Notes under the pieces: generated by a model
What the model saw: only the letters and a program-made list of their open reading frames with translations
Database searches by the model: none
What the model was told of the DNA's origin: nothing
Shown here: piece by piece, positions 57,023 to 64,000 of the stretch
Position numbering within the stretch: position 1 is the stretch's first letter
Layout: the number at the start of each line of letters is the position of its first letter
Source: Candidatus Latescibacterota bacterium
Lineage (GTDB): Bacteria > Latescibacterota > UBA2968 > UBA8231
Direction: 5' to 3'
Assembly (NCBI GenBank): GCA_965217585.1
Contig: OZ244561.1
Location: forward strand, 1,024,001 to 1,088,000
DNA: 64,000 bases
Made by a program: the position numbers and the translations under genes

Positions 57023-59734
57023 TCATTCGAGCGCCGCATGGGTCGTGATGAACAGGTTCATCCCTGAGAAGGGGTCTTCCCCCTTGCGGTCCAACCGGCT
57101 GCTCCGCAAACCCACCTGGGTAGTCAGGCGATAGCCCAAGTAATCGCCCGTATTGGAGTACTGGACTGCGAGGATGGTCTCCCGAAAATCCTCCTGCAAA
57201 CCCGGTGGTGCCGGGTCTTTGAGCTGACTGAATACGGTGTACTCGACCCCCATCTGTACGTCGGAACTGGCCAGCAACCCCATGCGGGCGATCAAGAAGA
57301 AGATGAAGGTATTCTCTTTTCTCACGGGATCGTTTTTCAGTAGCGGCGCTTCGAGTCTCAGTTCGTTTTTGATCTTGGGAATCACCTCGACGCCACCCAA
57401 AGGCTGTCGGTACTCGGCCTTGTTGATCAAGCCGAAGAACTGGTGATTGCGGCGGAACGTCGGCTGGCGCTGGCGCTGGTGCCAGATTTCGTATTTCAGC
57501 TTGTTGACGAGTTTCAAATTGGCTCTTCCAGTATAATCGAAAGAGAGAAAGGTGGAGTTGATCCAGGTGTTGGAGGCGGCCAGCGGATCATCGATGCGCT
57601 TCAGGGTTCCCTGAGAGCCCACCGGTTGCACCCACTGGACGAGATGGTCCGGGATCTCATCTTCGACTATTTTGAACAGTTCGAAAAGCCGGAACCGGCC
57701 CACCCCGGCCATATCGAGGTTCCAGGTGAGCAGACTATAGACGCTTCTATCGACCCGGTCGTCGGACAGCATGTGCGCCCGTTTATATCCGGTGGTCAAG
57801 CGCATTTCTGGCGTGATATACACTCCGGTGTAGGCATTGATGCCCGCCTGGTCGCGATCGTAGGGATAATCCGGCTCCTCGTCGTTTTCAAAGCGGTCGA
57901 TCCAAAAGTTATTGTTCATATCCACCCCGAAGAGGAACTCCGGGCGGTCGACGTTGTAGCGCAGGAAGGGCTCTTCGTAATCGGGGATGAAATTTGGGCG
58001 GAACTCGTTGTCGTTCTGGTTGAAATCGGAGATGAAATCGTTGTTTTCGTCCCAACCCGGAAAAATATTCAGATCCGGACCGCCCTGGTTTAGCCGCTGC
58101 CAGTCGGGGGTGCGGTCCTGGTCGTCGTTGTCTTCTACCCACTCGTAGAAGTACCTGCGCTCGTTCTCGTAGTCGATGTCGCCGGCTAGGTTGGCGATTA
58201 GGCTCGTCGTACCGTAGCCGCGGTCCATACTATACGCTTCCCCAAAGAAAAACCACGGGTGCCACTTTCTGGCCAGATTGACCATATAGGCATTGGCGTT
58301 CTCCTCACTTGTGCGGTGAGTATCGAAGGTCCGATTCGGATATTTGCGGAAACGCCGGCTGCGGTCAAACTCGGCGTAAAGGTCAAAGCCCCACGCATTC
58401 TGCAGCTCGAGGTTGAAGCCAATGACATCATTCCCCGTGGGCAGACCATAGTCTAGTTTCACGACCTGCACGTTGGAGCCATCCTTTACATTTTTCGCCG
58501 CCCGTTTCATGGTCAGGAAGACGGGCTGCGGGGACGACTGGAGGTTGGTCTGGCGGTCCGAGCTCATCTCGATGTGGTAATCGTTGGCCACTACCAGTTC
58601 GACTGAGACTCGGCGAATGGTGGAAGGATCGGGGCCTCTATACGCGCCGGCGCGAAAGTCGTAGGTCATGTCGATCTGCTCGCTCCCATCGGCAACCAAA
58701 AACCCCTGGCCCTTGAAGCCGCCCTCGACAATGGGCTCAAAACCGATCTCACTGCCGCGGACTACTTCCTTGCGGCGCCCCACGACCCGCTCTCCCTGCA
58801 GATTCTCACCCACCGTATCGGTTTCGGCCTCGATGAGGATATCCCACGAAAATAGCGTCGCCCCACCCTCGCGGTCATCCGGTGAATCGTCGCTCAAGCG
58901 GATGAAGAGCTGGCCTATGTGTTCGAGATTCTGGCCTACCGTCAGCGAACCGCTCAGCGGATTCCCCTTGAAGCTCTCCAGCAGCGTCAGGGCGTTGTGG
59001 GCGTTTACGTACGTGCCGCCCAAGGTGATGAAATCGCCGATCTGTCCCGTGCCGTGGAAGCCGTAGAGATTGGTGCTGTTGGTGGTCTCCACCGGAACCT
59101 GAGTGGAGAAGCCTGGGGCATTGATCCGCGATGCCAGTAAGGTCAGGGCGTACTTGTCCGACTGATAATCGGCCTGGACTCCGTCGAAGGCGGGTTTGGA
59201 GAAGGTCATCGGCGTCAGCGTGGTGCGAATCCGGCTGCCAATGGTCAGCGTCAGGTGGTGCTGGCCTTTTCCGTCCGAGGAGATGACCACCTGGTTGAAC
59301 CACGCATTGAATTTCGGGTCTTTGAAAATGACGCTGCCAAATTGCTCCGGCTGCTGCTGGCGCCAGTCGTAGATGAGCCAGCCCCGGGAGATGAAAGAGC
59401 CGTACAGGTCGTAGAAATAATCCCCCTCGATAATGGTAGATACATAGCGCTGGTATTGGTCCCGGGCGTAGTTGGTGTACTCCCACTGCTTCCACTTGTA
59501 GAAGTGGTGGAGTTCCTGGGGCACGTACCACCGCCGCACAGCCGGGTCCAGCGCGTCGAAGAGCACGCCCGACCCCAGGGGTTCGTACGAGACTTCTCCA
59601 CCGCGCGTCTGGCCCAGTCGGGAGCCGTAGTCGATCCTCTGGGCCCCGAGTCGGCTCGCTAGCATTGCAATACATGCAATGCAGAACAAGGCGAGAAGAA
59701 GGTGATTGTCCGCGCGGCTGCTCCATCCCGTCAC
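57023..59734 (-). CDS. large exported hypothetical protein, probable outer-membrane beta-barrel with acidic Ca-binding-like loop
   Basis: GGAGG before the GTG at 59734, signal peptide, many aromatic amphipathic strands, DxNxD-rich segment. Confidence 0.65.
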   Translation of the reverse strand: MTGWSSRADNHLLLALFCIACIAMLASRLGAQRIDYGSRLGQTRGGEVSYEPLGSGVLFDALDPAVRRWYVPQELHHFYKWKQWEYTNYARDQYQRYVSTIIEGDYFYDLYGSFISRGWLIYDWRQQQPEQFGSVIFKDPKFNAWFNQVVISSDGKGQHHLTLTIGSRIRTTLTPMTFSKPAFDGVQADYQSDKYALTLLASRINAPGFSTQVPVETTNSTNLYGFHGTGQIGDFITLGGTYVNAHNALTLLESFKGNPLSGSLTVGQNLEHIGQLFIRLSDDSPDDREGGATLFSWDILIEAETDTVGENLQGERVVGRRKEVVRGSEIGFEPIVEGGFKGQGFLVADGSEQIDMTYDFRAGAYRGPDPSTIRRVSVELVVANDYHIEMSSDRQTNLQSSPQPVFLTMKRAAKNVKDGSNVQVVKLDYGLPTGNDVIGFNLELQNAWGFDLYAEFDRSRRFRKYPNRTFDTHRTSEENANAYMVNLARKWHPWFFFGEAYSMDRGYGTTSLIANLAGDIDYENERRYFYEWVEDNDDQDRTPDWQRLNQGGPDLNIFPGWDENNDFISDFNQNDNEFRPNFIPDYEEPFLRYNVDRPEFLFGVDMNNNFWIDRFENDEEPDYPYDRDQAGINAYTGVYITPEMRLTTGYKRAHMLSDDRVDRSVYSLLTWNLDMAGVGRFRLFELFKIVEDEIPDHLVQWVQPVGSQGTLKRIDDPLAASNTWINSTFLSFDYTGRANLKLVNKLKYEIWHQRQRQPTFRRNHQFFGLINKAEYRQPLGGVEVIPKIKNELRLEAPLLKNDPVRKENTFIFFLIARMGLLASSDVQMGVEYTVFSQLKDPAPPGLQEDFRETILAVQYSNTGDYLGYRLTTQVGLRSSRLDRKGEDPFSGMNLFITTHAALE

Positions 59735-59795
59735 TATGCGCCTCCCTATGTGCTTGTTGCGGCCCGGCCCGACTGCCCACAGGCGACTACAGGGC

Positions 59796-61520
59796 CTAAT
59801 AGGCGATGGTAATAGCACTGCTGCTGCGTTCCGTCCCCACATCCGTTTCCACTTCGACCCGGATTGCGTAAAGTCCCGGCGGCAGCAGTCGACCGTCTGC
59901 GTCCCGGCCGTCCCACGAATACGAGAAGCGGCCGCTCGTCGCCTCCTGCCGGGTCAACTGCGCGAGCCGATTCCCAGCCAGATCGTAGACTGATAGGAAC
60001 ACCGGTGCCATTCTCGTCAAGTGCAACAGATCGTACTCTATGACGGTCCAATCATTGACTTCATCCCCATTCGGGGTGAACGGATTGGGCGACGCCTTGA
60101 TCCGGTTAATCAACCTTCCCGTCAGCGGTATCCTCACGCTCAGATCGTCGCCGGGTAGTTCCGTCGAGGCGTCGCCCTCGTCAATTTCCTGGGGCAAGGT
60201 CTCAATCCGGCGGTCGATGAGGCGTCCGGCAAAGACTGTTTCGTAGCGCAGAACCACGGTGTCGAAAACTACTTCCAGGTGATGCGTTCCGCTCTGGCCG
60301 GCGAATTCGAGCACCAAGCCGCGGGCTCCGGTTGTCGCTGCGAAGTCCAGTTCTCGATCGTCGAGGCGGACGGATCGGACCGCCTCGACGGGGGCCGAGG
60401 TATCGATCTCCAAGCGGTCAAAGCCGCGGGCGTTGACCACGCGGACGACATAGGTAAAGGTCGTATCGCCGACGGAGACCTCTTGGGGCCATATCTCCCC
60501 GATGATCGAATCCGCCAAGGCGGGACGGGAGACTTCAAAAGCTAGGGAGTCGAGGCCCACACCGTCTTCCAGACCGTCGCTGGCAAAATCCACTTTGAAT
60601 TGAAAATAGCGGCGTGGTGCCGGCGAGCGCACCCGGGTATTGCTGCTCTTGTAAGGAGAAGACCAGAGGCTCCAGTCCTCCGGCGCGTCCGCCGGAGACC
60701 GGCTACTGCCGCTCCGGGTGCTAATGGCCAAACGGGACTTTTCGGTCTGCCCCTGGTGCTCCGCCGCCCAACTCAACCGGCCCCAGATGGCTGGTTGGTC
60801 GAAATCGAAAACCTCGGATACATAGACCGCCTCCGGGACGAACCCCCGCCCGAAGATTTCGAGTTCGTCGATCTCCCAATTGAATCGCTGGGTGGATTCC
60901 AAGCGGATGTAGCGCACGTACTGCAGGGGGAACCGGACATTGACCGTGTCGCGTTTGTTGCCGCCGTCCTGGGCTATTTGACTGAACAGGGATTGGTCCG
61001 GCAGTCTGGTGAAGGAAGACGCGATGAGGTCGGCACCGAATACCCCGTCGTTGATGGAGAGGACATACCCTTTGAGAAAATCATCCGGGAAAGAGGGCCG
61101 GGGAAAGAAGCGGATGTGGTTGACCCCGAACCGGGCACCCAAGTCAATGACCAGCAGAATGCCGGTGGCCGCTACGTTTTTGACCTCAAAAGCCGTTTGG
61201 TTGTCGCCGTCGACTATGTTCCGCAGAATGTCTCCGAGGGCCTCTCGGTTCAGGCGCAGCACGGTATGGGCATTCGGCGAGGTCACCCGCCCGCCGCGTC
61301 CGTAAGTCTCTAGGGCGATATTGGTATTGAGGGCTACGTTTCCAGGCAGGATCCATCCCGGTCGGGCGGCAAAGTCGATTACCGGCGCCGAACCGGCGGC
61401 CTCTTCCCAGCGGAGTCCGCTGCCCTCCCCACCCACCACAAAGATTTCCGTGGCCGCGGCGACGGGATTCAGCGGCACCAGCCAGAGCAACGCGCCCAAG
61501 GTCGTACACAAGTTGCGCAT
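59796..61520 (-). CDS. secreted FlgD-Ig-tailed paralog
   Basis: Signal peptide; IDLGARF, ELEIFGRGF, WSLWSSPY, SPAPRRYFQ, PNPFTPNGDEVND, WDGRDADGRLLPPGLY. Confidence 0.8.
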   Translation of the reverse strand: MRNLCTTLGALLWLVPLNPVAAATEIFVVGGEGSGLRWEEAAGSAPVIDFAARPGWILPGNVALNTNIALETYGRGGRVTSPNAHTVLRLNREALGDILRNIVDGDNQTAFEVKNVAATGILLVIDLGARFGVNHIRFFPRPSFPDDFLKGYVLSINDGVFGADLIASSFTRLPDQSLFSQIAQDGGNKRDTVNVRFPLQYVRYIRLESTQRFNWEIDELEIFGRGFVPEAVYVSEVFDFDQPAIWGRLSWAAEHQGQTEKSRLAISTRSGSSRSPADAPEDWSLWSSPYKSSNTRVRSPAPRRYFQFKVDFASDGLEDGVGLDSLAFEVSRPALADSIIGEIWPQEVSVGDTTFTYVVRVVNARGFDRLEIDTSAPVEAVRSVRLDDRELDFAATTGARGLVLEFAGQSGTHHLEVVFDTVVLRYETVFAGRLIDRRIETLPQEIDEGDASTELPGDDLSVRIPLTGRLINRIKASPNPFTPNGDEVNDWTVIEYDLLHLTRMAPVFLSVYDLAGNRLAQLTRQEATSGRFSYSWDGRDADGRLLPPGLYAIRVEVETDVGTERSSSAITIAY

Positions 61521-61543
61521 CGGTTTCTACACGCGGGCCATAC

Positions 61544-61582
61544 AAAATACCGCCATACCGGATACTCCCGGCATGGCGGTAT
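61544..61582 (-). terminator. intra-operon stem-loop / partial terminator
   Basis: Minus strand ATACCGCCATGCCGG-GAGTAT-CCGGTATGGCGGTAT followed by TTT (15-bp stem). Confidence 0.65.
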
Positions 61583-61602
61583 GACCCCACGAAGGGGTAC
61601 AA

Positions 61603-62484
61603 CTACTCGGCAAAGGTGGCCTTCAACCGGCCCCACCCCACCTCCTCCACCGCCGTGGCCTTCTGATCGGCCCAATTGATATCGGGATCGATCGGCGCCA
61701 ACAGGAAGTCGGTGAGCAGATCGCCTTCCCGGAAACTATCCGTCTGGCCGCTCAGCACCCAATATCCGTCGTACGAACCAGAGTCTTCCACATTGTCTTC
61801 ATCGACCATGGTGAAATTGAAACCGACGATCTCGTTTTCCGCGAGTTGGTGGACCACGCTGGTCTCGGCACCGTTCCAGTCCAGGTCGTCCCACCCTGTT
61901 ATCATGGTCTCGGCGTAAAAGAACCCTTCCCCACCCTCTGGAACCGACTGGCTCGTGGCCCAATCGCCCCACGGCGGCATAGTGTGCCACTGCGCCTTGT
62001 GCCAGGCCAAGGTGCCCGGACCGCCGTTATTGATGCCGTAATTTTGCGCCTGGGCGCCGTGCAGGCGGTCTGCTTCCTCCTGCGTATCCACCAAATCGTT
62101 GAACATGCCAAACCGACCACCGCTGTGGTCGGCATCGAATTCAAATTCCATGGAATCCCAATCGGTCAGCACCCAAATGGCGTCGTCGAAGCGGTCTTCC
62201 ATGATGTATAACCTGTTGATGGTGGGATTCCAGCCAAGAATAACGCGCACCGACAAATCCGTCGCGTCCCAACTGGTGCCCAGCCCCGTCACGGTCTCGA
62301 CCAATTGTTCGTGGGTGATCCAATAGGTCTCATTCACTACATCCCACTCGGCGATATCGCCGTCTATGGTGGGAAGGTTGGCATCGGGAAATTGGACAGC
62401 TGGATAGATTACCCCTGCGGGTGTATGGGCCCAAGCTGCGGCGGCGAGCAGGATGAAGCCAGCGGTGAGAAGAAGCCTTTTCAT
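61603..62484 (-). CDS. secreted CBM9/DOMON-like protein with C-terminal TAVE..WG.LK tail
   Basis: Signal peptide MKRLLL..AAAAWA, PTIDGDIAEW, FDADHSGG; ends ATAVEEVGWGRLKATFAE. Confidence 0.75.
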   Translation of the reverse strand: MKRLLLTAGFILLAAAAWAHTPAGVIYPAVQFPDANLPTIDGDIAEWDVVNETYWITHEQLVETVTGLGTSWDATDLSVRVILGWNPTINRLYIMEDRFDDAIWVLTDWDSMEFEFDADHSGGRFGMFNDLVDTQEEADRLHGAQAQNYGINNGGPGTLAWHKAQWHTMPPWGDWATSQSVPEGGEGFFYAETMITGWDDLDWNGAETSVVHQLAENEIVGFNFTMVDEDNVEDSGSYDGYWVLSGQTDSFREGDLLTDFLLAPIDPDINWADQKATAVEEVGWGRLKATFAE

Positions 62485-62580
62485 GAGCGTTACTCCAGGT
62501 TTGGGGGGAGGATTATTTTTCTGGGTATGAGGTCCCATTTCTTCGCCTCTGCCAACCTCCTTTCGCAAAAAAGAAATCTG

Positions 62581-62667
62581 ACAAAGCGCATAATTTTGCT
62601 TTGTGATACAACCCATCCATCCATATAATCTACGCTCATAGTAATAAATGTCTCTTAGAGATGTCAA
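62581..62667. promoter_or_regulatory. overlapping divergent promoters with inverted-repeat operator
   Basis: Plus strand TTGTGA-N17-TATAAT (62601-62629); minus strand TTGACA-N18-TACTAT (62667-62638); ACAAAGC-N10-GCTTTGT (62581-62604). Confidence 0.6.
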
Positions 62668-62677
62668 ACAAATTTCC

Positions 62678-63508
62678 ATGCGCATCATCGATACCCATGT
62701 TCACGTCCTCGACAACTACGCGCCCGTCGACCCCGACCAAGAGAAAGGGGAAAATTGGTTCGAGGGACGGTGCGAGCGGCTGCTCCAGCACATGGACGAG
62801 TGCGGGGTGGAAAAAGCCGTTCTCGTCCCCGTGGTGGCGGCATATTCGCCACACAACAACGAGGAGTGCGCCCACCTCGCTAAGGTACACCCCGACCGCT
62901 TGGCCACCCTAGTCGACGTTCAGCTCGACAATCCAGATGCGGCGGAGCAGGTTGCCCGGGCCCGGGAGGAATTCGGTGCCGTGGGCATCAGCTACTATCC
63001 CCCGGATGGCGATCTCAGTTGGATGGTGCAGCCGGACCGCGAACCCCTCTGGGAGGCTTTCAGGTCCTGCGGTCAGGTCTGCAATCTACAGATCCGCCCG
63101 CCCGCTTACCCCGTCCTCCTGCAGCTAGCGCGGACCTATCCCGATATCCGCTTCGTGAGCAACCACCTCGGGCTGCCGGCCCAACTCTTCGAGCCGGACG
63201 AGCCCAGTTACGGCGGGCTGCTGGAGGGTGAGTCGCCGTCCAATCTCTTCGTCAAGGCGTCTGGGTTCTATGCCGCGGCAGCAACGCCCTGGGATTTTCG
63301 CTGCCCACGGATTCTGGGCTTCATTGCTCGGTTGCTCGACGGCTTGGGCACCGACCGCGTCCTCTGGGGCTCGGACTGGCCGCCGGCGGCTCTCCACCTC
63401 ACCTACAGACAGAATCTGGAACTCGTACGCAGCTTTGTCGAGCACCTGGACCATGGCGGACGGACTCTAGTACTGGGCGAAAACGCCGCCAGAGTGTACG
63501 GCATTTGA
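62678..63508 (+). CDS. amidohydrolase family protein (Amidohydro_2)
   Basis: IIDTHVH, NHLG, LFVKASG and RVLWGSDWP motifs. Confidence 0.9.
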   Translation: MRIIDTHVHVLDNYAPVDPDQEKGENWFEGRCERLLQHMDECGVEKAVLVPVVAAYSPHNNEECAHLAKVHPDRLATLVDVQLDNPDAAEQVARAREEFGAVGISYYPPDGDLSWMVQPDREPLWEAFRSCGQVCNLQIRPPAYPVLLQLARTYPDIRFVSNHLGLPAQLFEPDEPSYGGLLEGESPSNLFVKASGFYAAAATPWDFRCPRILGFIARLLDGLGTDRVLWGSDWPPAALHLTYRQNLELVRSFVEHLDHGGRTLVLGENAARVYGI

Positions 63509-63526
63509 CAATCTTCGGTTCGCCTT

Positions 63527-64000
63527 ATGAATACCGTCTCTCTTTTCTTTAATGGCTGTTGTCCCACAGGGGGATGCCAGTGGCTGGTAGGCGTCTTCCT
63601 GAGCGCCCTCTGCGCCGCCTCCTGCGGACAGCAGGAGTCTCCCCCAGAGGAAAATGGCCGGATCCTAGCGCAGGTTGGGGAGAAGACGGTCTCGGTCCAG
63701 GATCTCGAACGCTTCGTCGCTAAGCTGCCGGCCTGGACCACAAGTGAGCAAGAAGGCAGCGCCCAGGTCCGCGATTATCTGCAGACCTTGATCGATCGCA
63801 TCCTCATTCTGCGCGAAGCGCGGATCTTGGATCTGGAGAAGAGCCGGAATGTCCGTAAAAAGCTGGCACGCGTAGTGGCGAAAAAGCTGGGCCAAGAGGC
63901 CGCCTCCCGCCACATCCGGCCCCGAGTGGAGGTTGACGAGGAGGAAATAGAGCGGGCCTTTGCTCAGGGCCACTGGAATCGCCGGCTAAAGATCGCCCAC
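63527..64000 (+). CDS. PrsA/SurA-like peptidyl-prolyl isomerase lipoprotein (partial, runs off the window)
   Basis: Open frame to the window end: lipobox-like AASC, LAQVGEKTVSVQDL, YLQTLIDR.LIL.EA...L, VEVDEEEIE, IAH. Confidence 0.7.
   Translation, partial: MNTVSLFFNGCCPTGGCQWLVGVFLSALCAASCGQQESPPEENGRILAQVGEKTVSVQDLERFVAKLPAWTTSEQEGSAQVRDYLQTLIDRILILREARILDLEKSRNVRKKLARVVAKKLGQEAASRHIRPRVEVDEEEIERAFAQGHWNRRLKIAH

Noticed and set aside
52461-61520. Reading the FlgD-Ig proteins as flagellar hook-capping genes
   Set aside because: Only the C-terminal Ig-like tail resembles FlgD. The proteins have Sec signals and no flagellar genes are nearby.
1-64000. CRISPR array, tRNA, rRNA, intact transposase or integrase
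   Set aside because: No regularly spaced repeats, cloverleaf, rRNA-like tract or DDE/tyrosine-recombinase motifs were seen by eye.

Overview
Gene-dense, mostly high-GC bacterial window. The gene content (TonB receptor with a PorV/PorQ-like protein, FlgD-Ig/T9SS-like C-terminal domains, a C-terminal 'AVE..WG.xK' tail, several DUF6785-like membrane proteins) points to the FCB superphylum, most likely Candidatus Latescibacterota (inference). It holds an ilvC-leuA-leuC-leuD-leuB-cimA operon preceded by an unannotated Leu/Ile-rich leader peptide, with a second structured leader before leuA. It also holds an ATPase-less operon (degenerate M28 peptidase-FtsX fusion, DUF6785-like, OPT-like), a TonB receptor/CTD protein/PorV-like trio, a PEP-mutase-like gene lacking its catalytic motif, an MscS/MgtE cluster and several hydrolases. 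The strongest candidate for an undescribed system is a 12 kb cluster of secreted FlgD-tailed paralogs, a large putative beta-barrel and a DUF6785-like transporter. Three toxin or effector genes survive only as small remnants beside intact partners. No rRNA, tRNA, CRISPR array or intact transposase was seen. All family assignments come from motif recognition by eye; no database search was run.
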